Source: Rhodosorus marinus CCMP1338
Taxonomy: Eukaryota > Plantae > Rhodophyta
Direction of reading: 5' to 3'
Length of the DNA: 64,000 nt
Assembly: GCA_029953675.1 (NCBI GenBank)
Contig: JAMWBK010000005.1
Span: 682,001 to 746,000, forward strand
Positions 35,432 to 47,841 of the stretch are shown one piece after another; position 1 is the first letter of the stretch, and the number at the start of each line of letters is the position of its first letter. Below the pieces are notes generated by a model. The model did not search any database. It saw nothing but the letters and a program-made list of their open reading frames with translations, and was not told where the DNA came from. The position numbers were made by a program, and so were the translations under genes.

Positions 35432-37515
35432 TTATATAGCGAAGAGCTTCCTTGGAAGCGTGGGCGGGAGCGATTGAACGACCCGCTCCCAGGGCCAGTC
35501 GGCGACTGCGAGCACGCCGCTGTGAACCTTGCCCATCCCGATGATGTTCGTTGACTTCTCTATGGGGATGGAGGTGACGCCTGATTCTTCAGCGCCTCGG
35601 GCCTTCTTCGAAGGTAGAGTGGCTTCATGTGTTCTAGAAGCGCGGGCAAGAAGCGCAAAGTCTGCACCGTGCAATGCCCAGCTGTCGCAGCTCTCTATGA
35701 AAGAAACTCCGGCCGCAGACGATTTTGCTGTTTCAGGGATTCGAGCGATTGTCCTCTTCTTGCATTCACCCTCGTTAAATGTGATGATAGACATAGTCTT
35801 CCGTGTAACTACGGCAGCGCTGTCCTCCGTGGGATGGAGTGAAATCAGTACCGTCCTCGAAGCCTGTACCAGAACAAGAGTTAGGATCAGGATCCAGCGG
35901 ACGGTTCGCGGCTGACCTGGAAAGCAGCACTAACCTTCCTATACACGATTGGCTCGCTACTCGTTGAGGGCATGAAGTGGAGCGATCCATCGGAAGTAAG
36001 GATCAGCACAGCGCCGTCCACGCGAACATCTAGCTTTTGGATGTATGTGTTCGGCAGTTTGCCCTTTTCTTCAACCAAGTCCTCAATTATCCAGCGCTTT
36101 TGAACATGACCATTCACATCCATGATCAGAACTGAATCTCCGTTCATGGAGATAGCCCCCACGGTACCACTATTTACAAAGGACGCTGTTCTTATTCCTG
36201 GCAGTCCACTATATACACTTCTGGCCTCAAAAGTACCATTAAGCTTGAGCTGAAAGGCAGCCATTCGCACCGGACCTGAAACTACCAAATAGCCAAGATC
36301 TGGTGCAATGCTCGCTGCTACAAGTGATCCGCCGAGGTCGCCAGGTTTCAGTCGAAGCAGCATAGTCGGTTTCGAGTCGGGTATGCTTGCAGAAGGTAAC
36401 TGCCATACTTCTACTCTGTCGTCGTAGAGAGCGAGCGCAGCTCCTTTCACAAACTGCACAAACGGAACCTCTTCAGGCGCTGCGGATGGTCGAAAGACAA
36501 CTGGAGATTTCTCTGAGAGGAACGACTTCAGCGACTGCACTGCAATGACGGAGTCTTCTCCCGCGGACATGACCTTATCCTTGGATCCGTACCGAACGAT
36601 GGCACGCACATCGCCGAGATGTGCTCGTCTAGCCCGGTGTATGACCCATCCTCCTTCAACTGAGCGTTCCAATAGCCCGACTCCCCCATTAGCCGCCCCT
36701 GCGAATATAGCGTTGCCAAGCACACACATGCTGGTAACGTCTCCGGCTAGGCCTTCCATTGCTAGTTCCTTCTCAGCCAACAGCATCTCCGAGTTCCAAA
36801 CAGTTATGATCCCTCGAGAATCCCCGGTTAGTATCGAATCTTTAAAATAGGATATGCACCAAACGCAGATATCCTCATTCCTGGAAGACAATTGCGCTGT
36901 TTCAAGAATCTTTCCGCTGGCAACCTCGACCTTTCTAATCCCGCCTTCCGAATCCCCCGATATCAAAAAACGAGAATCCTCGGACCATTCCAAAGCTGTG
37001 ACTCTGGTGCCCCCTTTGGAAAGTCTCCGCAGGTTAAAATTTCCCAACTCGTCCACCTCGACTAACTTGGTTGACCCGTCCTCACACCCAGCGGCAATCG
37101 CGTGCTTGTCCGGCGACAGCGCAAGCGACCATATCGCCCCCCCTTGCGAGTCAAGGCTTTTCACACCAACTCGCCGTCTGTAATCGTAAAAGCGTACAAA
37201 TCCGTCCAGTCCACCAACAGCGACCAAGTCCCGAAACAGCGCCAGAGACGATATCGCAGCGCCTCCTCCCGGCAGCGAGCCAACAACGCAGTTCCTTCCC
37301 TTAACAGAGATCACCTCTACCCTCCCGTTCCTCCTAGCCACGACAACCATCGAACCGCTTGAAGTCGCCGCTACGACGCCGCTTACCTCCCACTTCACAA
37401 ACCGACATCGCTGAATCTGAATCGAAGTACCACTGCGCGCAACCGCGGAAACAGCAAATTCCCTCGTCTTCGACCGTTTTCTCTTCCTCGTCTTCGTATC
37501 CTTATCCTTCGCCAT
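35432..37515 (-). CDS. UTP4: U3 snoRNP / SSU processome WD40 protein UTP4 (Cirhin), 2+ exons
   Basis: IQRCRFVKWEVSG, QGGAIWSLA, IAAGCEDGS, CVWCI...ILTGDSRGIITVWN, AHLGDVRAI, SAGED. After an intron near 35.88-35.94 kb the C-terminus is AVADWPWERVVQSLPPTLPRKLFAI*, like the Utp4 'PW...LPP...K' end. Confidence 0.85.
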
Positions 37516-37787
37516 GCTCAAGCACCTAAACAGACAGAAACCAAGACTAGGTCCTCACGATACTCAGCAAAAACAGAAAACACTACTCGCATCTCCGAGT
37601 AGACCAGTCTCTCCACCGCCTTCCCATTCCATTGAAAGCGTACATCAGCCAACTCTTATCGCAATGTCTTCATCCGCTTCCACGGCGTCCGTAACCATCC
37701 AATCAAAATTCAAAAAAGTTTTTTTAAGCAATTAAAAACCAATTAAACCTTTGCTTATCATATTATCGATTTTGATTTGTTTATAGC

Positions 37788-37945
37788 AAACGAATTAGAG
37801 TATTCAGTATATGATTGGATTATTAGGCGTTTAGTTCAAGGTTTGTTTAATTGTTTTCATTAATCGAAACGAATTAGAGTATTCAGTATATGATTGGATT
37901 ATTAGGCGTTTAGTTCAAGGTTTGTTTAATTGTTTTCATTAATCG
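37788..37945. repeat. Perfect 79-bp tandem duplication
   Basis: 37788-37866 is identical to 37867-37945 (AAACGAATTAGAGTATTCAG...TTCATTAATCG). Confidence 0.95.
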
Positions 37946-39330
37946 AATTGGGTTCCGATTTCGACGGCGATCTTGTGGAAGTCGTGGAAGAAGTGCTTGA
38001 AGAGGTCGATGGCGTGGTCAAAGTCATCAACTGCACAGAATTCACGGCATGAGTGCATGGCCAGCTGTGGCATGCCCACGTCTACTGTTCGGATTCCAGT
38101 TTCGGCAGCGATGATTGGGCCGATGGTGCTTCCGCAAGGTAAATCGTTTGGTACGACGAACTCTTGGATCGGGATGTTGTTCCGCCTAGAAATTTCTCGG
38201 AGTATAAAGCCAGAGTAGCCGCTGGTCGCGTACCTCTGGTTCTGGTTCGTTTTGATGACAACCCCTTTGTGAAGTGCAGGTCGGTGGTTTTCCTCATGCT
38301 TCGACGTGTAGTTCGGATGGACAGCATGGGCCATGTCGGAGGAGACTATGAGCGAAGCTGCTAGGATTGCTTTCAGCTCCAAGTTCACCGTGATTCCCGC
38401 ATGGATACGTCCGATGACGTCGTTGAGAAACGTTGAAAATGCGCCCTGAGCAGATCTTGAACCGATTTCCTCGTGGTCGAACATACAAACTATTCTACAG
38501 GATGTACGAGTTATCAGCTCCTTTCGCTCCTCTGCACGCACCAATGCTTCCAACGCAGCAAAGCATGAAGCCTGATTGTCCAACCGAGGCGAGGATACGA
38601 ACTCGTTCAATGCTCCGACAATAGAAGACGGCTGCGAGTCGGCTACGTAAAGGTCAAAATCCACGATGCAATCAGCATCGCATTGAAGCTCCTCCGCAAG
38701 CACGTTCACTAGGACCGGATGGTGTTTTTTCTTCTCTCCCTCAATCTTCGAACTCAATTTCCCGACGTTGGCCTTGATTTCGGTCGCAATTATTGGAGCC
38801 GTTTGAGACTCGGTGTTCGGCGAAAAGTTAGAATTAGCATCACGGTTGAGGTGGATCGCGAGGGACGGTATCCGCAAGATCGGCTTCGATAAATGAACGA
38901 GCTTTGTCGTGATCTCATCCTTCCTCTTAGGGTCATTCCCCTGAAGTACTACACGGCCGGCAACCGTGAGGTCTCTATCGAACCATGTGTACCACAACCC
39001 TCCTCCATAGGTTTCCACTCCAACCTGTAGATAACCGACTTTACCAGAACTCGAAATCGGTTTCACTCTGAAACAAGGTGAGTCCGTATGTGCTCCGATG
39101 ATCTGAAAGTCAGACAGCTCATCTCGTGCTTCGGGTAGGACGAAGGCAATCAGCGAAGTCCCATTTCTCGTGACGTAGTATTTCTGTTGGTCGGCCTTCA
39201 ATTTTCCCCAGTTTACATCCTCTCGCAGGCGAACAAACCCTTCCTTTTCAAGCATCTTAATGCTGGTGCCAACTGCATGGTACGGCGACGGACTGGAGTT
39301 TACAAAGTCTATAAATTGTTCGGCAGCCAT
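37939..39330 (-). CDS. DNPEP: Aspartyl aminopeptidase (peptidase M18)
   Basis: FVNSSPSPYHAV, IIGAHTDSPC, YGGGLWYTWFDRDL, RIPSLAIHL, SPRLDN, FDHEEIGS, SSDMAHAVHPNY, CGSTIGP, LAMHSCRE. Confidence 0.96.
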   Translation of the reverse strand: MAAEQFIDFVNSSPSPYHAVGTSIKMLEKEGFVRLREDVNWGKLKADQQKYYVTRNGTSLIAFVLPEARDELSDFQIIGAHTDSPCFRVKPISSSGKVGYLQVGVETYGGGLWYTWFDRDLTVAGRVVLQGNDPKRKDEITTKLVHLSKPILRIPSLAIHLNRDANSNFSPNTESQTAPIIATEIKANVGKLSSKIEGEKKKHHPVLVNVLAEELQCDADCIVDFDLYVADSQPSSIVGALNEFVSSPRLDNQASCFAALEALVRAEERKELITRTSCRIVCMFDHEEIGSRSAQGAFSTFLNDVIGRIHAGITVNLELKAILAASLIVSSDMAHAVHPNYTSKHEENHRPALHKGVVIKTNQNQRYATSGYSGFILREISRRNNIPIQEFVVPNDLPCGSTIGPIIAAETGIRTVDVGMPQLAMHSCREFCAVDDFDHAIDLFKHFFHDFHKIAVEIGTQFD

Positions 39331-41213
39331 TCTTGGATTAATACACCCGCTCCAAGTTTCCCTCTCCTCAGTGGGATACACACCCAGTTTACCCTGCAAA
39401 AGCTTGGATCAGTAACAGGTCCTTATCCAATGCAAACGCTGAGTGGTTGAAAATCTTAGCACTCTCGTATGGATCAAGCTCACTCCCTATCACCGGCTCT
39501 CCATCGGAATAGATACTTTAGCCTCCAGTCGGCATTCTCCCTATATCTCTCTCTACCATTGAAAGAATCTCTGACCAGGTCTCGATGGTGTACGAAATTG
39601 GATCCGGCAATATGGAAGCTCCAAAGAATCTGTGTTTCCTTTTCTGCTTCGATGATCGGCTGGGAGCACCTAGTTTTCTTCTGAACTGTGGTTTTCTCTA
39701 GCTGGTCTACAGACATCGAAGGACTAAGATATCGCCAAAACCAGTTTCGGATGTGGCAGTATTTCAAGCTCAGACGTGCTGGTTATGAGAGACTTGAGCA
39801 AAGTTGAAGAGCCGATTGGTGTCAGCTAAGTTGGTCGACGGAAGAGGGGCTCCGGTAGGCGATATAATCATGCTTGATAGTGAATGCATACCAAATATAC
39901 CACTGGCCAACAGGCTCAGAGCTCAGGTAGCCGTTCTCGCGGCACGGAACTCTGGATTCTGCTGAGATACTGCTCACACGTCGGTCATTTCTGCGTTATC
40001 CGGATCCATGAGTATGGCCGACGCCGTAAGCCGGGAAATGCCCCTATGTCGCACCAATATAGGAGTGAGGAGTATGGGAAAGATCCACCGCGAAGGATTC
40101 ACGTCCACCATCCTGCGTCCACAGTATTCCAAGCATCTTGAGCTGGGAATGTGCACACTTTCGCAATTGGATACGTTTGCCATCAGGAATTCATCCGCAT
40201 GTACCTTCACAGCACACGCTGTGACCGCTTTCGATCCGTTCAGCTTCAAAGTAAAGAAGAAAGGTTTTATTAAAAGTGTGGGCGTGCCTACTCTGTTCAA
40301 AACCTCACACCGCCGAATGCGTCTTCCCATCTCGAGTCAGGGAGTAGCTTCGCTTCGAAGATGAACCGATTGCTCAAGAGCTTTTAACCGGTGTAGTTGC
40401 TCTTTAAACTCCCAAGTTTTGGTGGTTTGGCAGAGATTTCTTTGCCGACACTTGCTGCATGAAGGTAAGAGTACACCGAACCATAGCGCTGAGGAAGCAC
40501 GACTGTCGTCTGAGAGACCTCTCCTGTAGCTAATCCGAAAGTCTGGCTTCGGTCAGGTTCTCAGCTGGGACCGCTCTGACGCACCTTGTGCAATAACGCT
40601 CTGGATTTCAAACGAATCAGGCGCCTTACTAGTCTCGCTTTACAAGCGCAAATGAGGCACTTGGTTTTTAGGCACTGTGTACCTAAAAACCAAATACTAA
40701 ATCTAGATCAAACACTCTTGATCAGAGCATATAGTCAACCAAAAGAGCGTTGAATTTCCTAGTCAACACGATAATTGACTGAATTAGGAGCTTAAGCCAA
40801 TGAAACCATCTATCAACACCCAAAAGGATTGAATATCCTATTTTTGGATTGTATGAGATTCAGGTCAAAATGAGAACGGGAACGCTTTCGAGGTGGAAAG
40901 CTTTGGTTTGGGAGTGTGAACAAGAAGCTCTATTCGTTATGAGGAAGCATTCAGCTTGCATTCAGCTTTGCTCTTTCATCTAAGAAGACAGTTATGATGG
41001 GGATACAGGTTTAGACAACCGTCCCAATCCCTGCGTATGCTCTAGTTCTTTCGCAGATCTAGTCCGTTTCGCGGAGTGGGATCTTTGGTTACGAAGTGGT
41101 GTGGGGTGGGCTGGCGGTCTGTTGAAGACGTTTTAGGAGAAGTTTCTGACTTGACAGGGATTGCTTTTGGTGCGTACGATACTGAAGACGGGTGTTTTTG
41201 CTCACGTATCGTG

Positions 41214-43971
41214 ATGAACGACGCTGAGGACGATCGTGTTTGGGAGTCCCTGGGCTTGCTAGCCAAGGATGGTGACGCACTGGATGCGAAGTTGGACTTG
41301 GATGAGTTGCAGATGGCAGCGACTGTTCCGCTAGTTGCTTCAGGACTACGGCCTGGAGCGGATATCCCTGCTCTAGTGAGATCCGTTGAGAATCAGCTGC
41401 ATGAGGTGCGATTCAGGCCCACCATTTTCTGTGGATGGATACGTCGGGTCTGAAAGGAATTGGAATTGTCCTATTTGTAGGTTGAAAGCGCCTCAGTGGC
41501 GGATTTCGTTCGAGAAGGAGAAAGCCTGAGTAAGCTACACGTGGACATGGTGAAATGCGGCAAGACGCTGGATGATATGGAATCTACGCTCGTCGGGTAT
41601 GCAAAACAACTTGCGGAACTCTCTGAAGACATCCGAAGGCTTCAGCATGGAACGTCAACCGCCGCTGCTAGAGTCTCGAGCCGTTCTGCGGCTGAAGCGC
41701 ATTTGTCCGCCTTCATTGATGAGGTGATTATTCCACCGTCTGTAATCACAACCATTGTCGAGGGCGATGTCGGGCAGGATAAGTACGACTTCCCAAAGAT
41801 CGAATATTCAGTTACAGAACCACTTCTCTAACAGGTGCACACATTGTTCCGCCTGCCACACAAACAGCTACAGCTCGCAGTTGGCTCTGCTTGACAAAAA
41901 GATTGCCTTCATGGAGCTCGAAGATACAAAAGCCTCTGTTGCTCATGGCGAAGTGAAACCTCAACTCGATCAACTGTTGGTGAAGGCTGTACAGAAAGTG
42001 AAGGCCTTCCTACACGAAAAGGTCGCTCTGCTCAGACGGCCAAACACAAACGTCCAGATCATCAAGGAGAACGTGTTGCTCAAGAACAAAACCCTCTTTG
42101 AATTCCTCATGGACCACTCCTTCACGGCTTACGTTGAGGTAATTCGTAGATAATCCGCTCTGCTGGACTTTGCAAACAACTGAAACAAGCTGAGTCGTCA
42201 CCTGTAGGTACGAGATGACTATGTGGACACCATGTCGAAGCTCTACAACGTCCTTTTCCAGCGCTACATACAAGGGCTAATGACTCTGAAAGAAGATGCG
42301 GCTGCTCGCGGAGAGCTCCTGGTCGAAAGCAGCTCGTTCAGCAGCTCGTTCAGATTTGGACTGGACTTTTCGTTTACGGGAAAGTCGCAACCCGCTAAGA
42401 ACAGCTTCGCAATCGGTGACAGGCTCGAGAGCCTGAAAAAGATTGATGCACCCGCTGTAATCCTCGCAGTTGCTGCAAATTCGAAGATAAAGTACGTGGT
42501 TGCTCTGTGTACGGACGTGGAGATCGTAGTGTATTATTTTTTCGTCACTCGGCTTAGCGACAAACAATTTTCCTCGCCGTTGTAGGTTGATGTTTGAAGA
42601 AATCCATAGGTCCATAGTGAGGCTATTGCTCGAGACCTGCACCTCTGAGCACATGTACTGCGCTGAGCTATTCGGAGCGGGGCAGGGGAGAATGTTTGAC
42701 GACCTGTTCTCGTACACGGTGGACCAGATTTACTTGAACCTGCAACAACATCTCGCTCATACGCAGGATGCAGTAGGTGTGCTCCTAACAATGAAGATCC
42801 ATGAGGTGAGTAATCCCAACATTTTGCGATGCGGACTAGCGCACTCGGAATGGGAGGTTAACCCGGCGAGGTTTCTTGACGGACTCATAGGTGCAACGTG
42901 AAGAGATGCGAAGGCGGAAAGTACGGGATCTGAACAACTTCTTTACTAGAGCAGATATTCTGCTAAAGCCTCGTTACAAGGAGATTTTCGACGAAAATTT
43001 GAATTCGCTCACAGCGGCGAACCCGAAAACTCTCTTCCCTGGCCCGAACAACTTCAGTCCCCATATCGTATCACGAAGGTGAACAACGAACGCATCGGAA
43101 GGATGTTTCTTATCCCTTGCTAACTGCGGGGTGTCGCCCGTTTCTCCATTCTTGAACATTCAGATACGCAGAGTTTGCTGGAGCAACGTTAGCTATTACC
43201 ATGCTTGGTTCCGAAGACGACATGATCAAGGAATCGCTGAAGAGACTGAGAACGGCGTACCAGGGCCTCATGAATAGAATCAGCTTGGAATTCAAAAGCT
43301 CGAAGAATAGGTAAATCACTCTTCTTTGAACCAGAAAGGGTTTCAATGCGTATGCTGAGGTTCGGTCGCTATCTAGGTACACCTTCCTCATCAACAATTG
43401 TGATCTCGTGTTGACGATTTTCGAAGAGCTTGAGGTCCACGGAGAGGACGAGTTGTTCTTCCAGGTAAGCTATCGGGTTTCTATGCATCCACCACTCTGC
43501 GCGGATGTCTGACGGGTAGTGGATTTCTCAGGATCTTTTGTCCGGCCATGTTATGGCCTTCGCTGAGCATGAGCTCGCGGAGCACTTTCCAGATTATCTT
43601 AGCTTCGTGAGATCCAGAACTCTCGTGGATAAGAAAAAAGTGAGATCAATTCTTAGAGAGTTTGCGGTTAACTGGAGATCTAGTGTTGCGCATATTCGCG
43701 AGAACGTTCTCCGCGTTTTTCCAAATTTTAAGAACGGCAGCGAGGTGAGGCTACACGGCTTTACTTATTCTAAATTCACAACGAGAACCTTCTGCTGACC
43801 ATGCTTTGTGCGGCTCCACAGATTCTCAAGTCTGTCCTGACCCAACTACTGTACTACCACAAGAAAGCAGAATCGATTGTTGAGGACTCCTACGCAGAGC
43901 TCAAGGGTGAAATGGTCACCTCCACAGCGATTACATATGAGATCCGACAGGACAACCAGAAGACGTTTTAA
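41214..43971 (+). CDS. VPS52: GARP/EARP complex subunit VPS52 (Sac2), multi-exon
   Basis: LDDMESTLVGY...LSEDIRRLQ, FIDEVIIPP, LLRRPNTNVQII, YVDTMSKLY, EIHRSIVRLLLETCTSE, HIVSRRYAEF, FLINNCDLVL, FPNFKNG. Last exon ILKSVLTQLLLYY...KTF* with stop at 43969-43971. Confidence 0.9.
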
Positions 43972-45774
43972 AGCTAAATACTGACTAACATCTAGCTGGC
44001 AGTTGGTGAATGGCCCGTGGGCCCAGGCCCCGTTACCGGGGTTCTCGGCGAGTTGACGTGGTGCAAGGGGAATCCGCGGTTAAGGCAGCCCCCTCCCGGC
44101 ACTTCTGAGAACCTCATTTCACGGCATCAATGGATCGACAATGGCAAACCTTGTGAATAGAAAAGCATCGTCCCAAACTCTTTAACATTCTGGTTGCACT
44201 GGCAGGCCGAGACTCACCGTGGTAAGATGCAGTTTAAGCCCAATAGTGAACAACGGCTCGGTAAGACTGTACACACAGCGCCGAAACAGCAGCAGCGCAG
44301 CATGTGGACGAAGATCAGGATCGACGCTGAATATGGAATAGACTCTGTGAAATCCACGAGGGTCGAGACCAGCAGAAATCTGTTTTAGATGACCAGCAAG
44401 ACTGATTCTGTTCGTAGTCGGCCTGCGGACAAACTAGCCAGAAACAGAGTGGATCCAATCTGTTGGTTGAGAGAGATCGAGAAACCTTCATCATTACTTA
44501 ACTATGAGCTTAGCACGAACTCGTTTTGCACTGCTAAGGATATCACATTGGGAAGGCGTTTTCCGACAACAGAGACAATTCGTTGTCGTCATCGTCGCAA
44601 TAGATCTTCCGCCAAAGCCATGTGAAGACCCACGATCCATGTGTGTCGCATGTATATTCGGGGACTCGATTGTGTTTAGAACATTGAGACAGATCGATAA
44701 CTAGCCAAGCTTGAACCGGATCAATGTCAATCTACCTCACACAAGTTGGTGGCTAATCGCGAAATATAAAGCCTTCTGCCTCAATCCAAGGGATTTTCAC
44801 TCCACCGCCATGCGGCGGAATGAGAGGAAGTCATCATCAATATCGGCTAAGTGAGTCTCGATGGATAGGCCTTCCTCATATCTGCTGCTCGGACGCTTCT
44901 TCAGAGCGAGAGAGACATAGAGGGAGAGCGCTCTCAAAGCTCTGTTGTATTCTACTGCACTACCAACCCCTTCGAGATTCCTATCTCCGCCCAATGCTAA
45001 TTTGCTTCGTGTGGATTGGGGTTGTCGGCTTCATCAAAAACCAGTTGAGATCCATTAGGGTTCCTAAACGGCGGCCGACTCTTCATTGGGGAGGGCATTC
45101 ATTAGCTAGTGGAGCTATCGTTCATCGTCTTCGTCGAGTTGCTGCCTTGAGGTTTGCACTCTGCGATAGCGACGAGCATCGGGCAGGACGGGATCGGGGA
45201 GGAGGGTTTCATCGATCGGTTCGGTTGGGATGATGTCTGGTTAGTGTCGTTTTCGAGGTTTTCTGTTTGTTTTTTTTGTATTGTAGCGAATTGGGAAGTT
45301 TTTTGGAAAGCTTGTTTTACCAAGCGATTCCCTCATCTTCCTCGTGCAAGGGGGGTTTTGAAGAGGGGCTTGAGGGGATGATTGATTGCGCTGCTGGCGT
45401 GGTTTGTGGGATTGAGGTTTTCTGTTGTCGGTTTATGTTCTGGTCTCTACGAGTAGCTTTCTCGTGCTTATCGTCGTCCGCAACGTCGTCGAGATTGCTT
45501 CAATCAGCCTGGTTTTGGAAGTTGGAATAGAAGAGTGCGGATCGTCTGTTGAGTTGATCTTTTCGTCGAAAGCTCTTTCTTGAGGGTTTGAGGGTTGAGA
45601 TTTTGAGTTTCTGAGGTTCCTTGTGTTTGGATCGGGGAAAGTTGTGTCCCAGACGTCCCTCGAGGGAGATAGGACTTCACTTCCTCTGCGTGGAGGCGTT
45701 GTGGGGCTGTTTGGTCGCGGATAGGGTGCTATTGGCATTAAGAAAAGGAAGGAGAGAAGCGCTGTTTTATCAGA

Positions 45775-46258
45775 ATGAGTAGTGACGTCAGAAAGAGAAG
45801 CCGCCAAGCTGGAGATGTACGCTTAACGAACTCCACTAACTGGTTCACTGGTTTCGGCTGTGGAGCTGGGGCCTTTGCATTTGGGATAGGCTACGGCTTC
45901 ATCGGGGGAGGTGGTATTGGATACGGTCCAGGAATGCCTTATGCACGTCCCACGGTGTTTTTTGGAGTTGGATTCGGATCGTTTGTTGGCGTCGGTGTGG
46001 TGAGACGCATTTGCAGAGATGCGGTCTCAGCCTCTTGACGATCGATCGATCTACCTCAGCTGACCGATATTTCTCTTGTTTTCACAGGGATTCGGAAGAA
46101 TGCTTGGGGTGGACTTTTTAAGCCCAACGGTAGATTGGGAGGAAGTCATTCTTGGACAAAAGTCGTGGGGTATCAGTCAGAAGTCTAGAAAACCAAAAGC
46201 TATCAAACCTGGAAATTCGTTAATGGCTCCGTCAAACAACAAATCGCTGGCTAGATAG
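45775..46258 (+). CDS. Small glycine/aromatic-rich protein (2 exons, ~131 aa), possibly TGD5-like
   Basis: Phase-0 GT-AG intron 46000-46087 (88 nt, typical here) joins FTGFGCGAGAFAFGIGYGFIGGGGIGYGPGMP...FFGVGFGSFVGVGV to GFGRMLGVDF, continuing the Gly pattern across the junction. Confidence 0.6.
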
Positions 46259-46563
46259 GGACAACTCGCTGTGGAAGAAACCAAAAAACCGTCCTCTTTC
46301 TTCCTTTCTTCTTATCTTGTCAATTTGTTAGTTTTTTGCAAGCATGGTCTCCTTTTCGCTAATGAGTTAGAGTTCAGGCCCCCGAGAAAGGACAATGTCA
46401 ATATGAATATTATGGAATAGCCAATCATCCCAAAAGAGACTCTTCTGGTCAAGCGATCTTTCGGATCATGGCCAAACTATAAACGAAAAACTTCTAAGAC
46501 TCACAATACAAAACTGCGAGCGTCACAAAATGGAACAGAAAAGCTTTTGATTTTGGCAGAAAC

Positions 46564-47841
46564 TTATATAGGATCAACGAGCATACACGACCAGTCGGCC
46601 TCTCCATCGCCGAATACTTCATACTGTCGAGCTCTATAGGACAGTGGATTATCTTGTCTGACAGCCCTTGCATTTTCAAAAACGCTCTGCAACGCCCTGG
46701 GCATCGGAGTTTGTCCAGTCTGCTGAGCTAGCGAGTACATGTACTCCCATTGGCGAGGTCCAAATACATGGAAAAATCTGTCAGGTTTGTCCCCATGATT
46801 CTTCCATTCTTCATGCAGTTCGTTCTCCCTCTCCTCCTCCGATGCGAGTTCAACCTCTCCAGACAGGTACTTGGTGACGTAAATGCTCTGGTAGTGGAAG
46901 AGCGGAAACGGAACGATCTTCTGTGGGATACCAATGAACGACAACGTTGGATCCTTTGTGAAGACCAGGTGGCGGTACAGGTCAGAAATCACCTGGTTCT
47001 TGACCGTGACCCCAACTCTGGGATCTAGAAACGGGAAGTTATAGGCGTAGCCGGTACAGAGTACAATTCGATCTGCATCAGCTGATCGGCCATCAGCGAA
47101 ATGGATGGTTGACCCGTCCACCCTGACCAACGTCGGTCGGAAGCTAATGTTGGGGAGAGAACCTTCGTCTTGTGTATAGCCACGGTGGGCGACAAGGACC
47201 TGTTTAGCTCCTCCCTTCGCTATGTCGATGGCAATGTCCACACCAGACGGCCCGTACCCGAGGAGAACAACTGTCTGGTCTCTAAACGGTGTTGGGGTCC
47301 TATACACGCTACTATGGGTCGTGATGCCAGTAAAAGTCTCCAGCCCGTCCACGCTGGCGTATACCGGTAGACCATGGTGTCCATTACAAACCAGAACGGC
47401 ATCGAACTCCTCCACAGATACCTCGGAGTTCATCTTATCACTCGATTTCACCCACCACGAGTTTCCACTTTCATCCTTCCAAACTTTCTGCACATCAATA
47501 TTAAACCGGATCATAGGATGCAGATCCATTTTTGTCGCGTATGATTCGAGGTAAGTCTGTACGTCATTATGGCCGGGGAAGGACGGAAGTCCATCTGCGA
47601 ACGGGAACCCCGGAAACCCCATCACCTCCTTCGGAATGTTCGTCCTCAGTGACTTGTACATTACCGAATAGGATCCAGTCTTTTCCGAGTAATGCCATGT
47701 CCCTCCGAGTTCGCTATCCCGCTCATAGACTACCACCTTGAAGCTGCTACCAAAGTCCCTCAAATTCTTCGCCGAACAAAGACCAGCTGCGCCAGCCCCA
47801 ATCACTGCTACTCGTCCACCTGAACCAATACTCACCCTCAT
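46564..47841 (-). CDS. Flavin-containing monooxygenase (FMO, GS-OX/FMO-like), intronless
   Basis: FAD motif VAVIGAGAAG, GGTW, MYKSLRTN, FDAVLVCNGH, THSSVYR (FxGxxxHxxxY), NADPH motif LGYGPSGVDI, CTGYAYNFPFL. Confidence 0.93.
   Translation of the reverse strand: MRVSIGSGGRVAVIGAGAAGLCSAKNLRDFGSSFKVVVYERDSELGGTWHYSEKTGSYSVMYKSLRTNIPKEVMGFPGFPFADGLPSFPGHNDVQTYLESYATKMDLHPMIRFNIDVQKVWKDESGNSWWVKSSDKMNSEVSVEEFDAVLVCNGHHGLPVYASVDGLETFTGITTHSSVYRTPTPFRDQTVVLLGYGPSGVDIAIDIAKGGAKQVLVAHRGYTQDEGSLPNISFRPTLVRVDGSTIHFADGRSADADRIVLCTGYAYNFPFLDPRVGVTVKNQVISDLYRHLVFTKDPTLSFIGIPQKIVPFPLFHYQSIYVTKYLSGEVELASEEERENELHEEWKNHGDKPDRFFHVFGPRQWEYMYSLAQQTGQTPMPRALQSVFENARAVRQDNPLSYRARQYEVFGDGEADWSCMLVDPI

Noticed and set aside
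39480-40364. Several 85-118 aa ORFs between DNPEP and VPS52
   Set aside because: No recognisable motifs; the obvious splice into DNPEP is out of frame, so probably UTR or intergenic.
42328-42351. 12-bp tandem duplication (SSSF x2) inside VPS52
   Set aside because: In-frame micro-duplication in a low-complexity linker; likely inconsequential.
44010-44115. GC-rich short hairpins after the VPS52 stop (SRP- or U5-like?)
   Set aside because: Stems are only 4-9 bp; lacks the U5 GCCUUUUAC loop, the Sm site and the SRP AGCAG motif.
45102-45807. Minus-strand Ser/Thr/Pro/Asn-rich ORFs
   Set aside because: Better explained as the reverse complement of the G/T-rich leader of the plus-strand Gly-rich gene.
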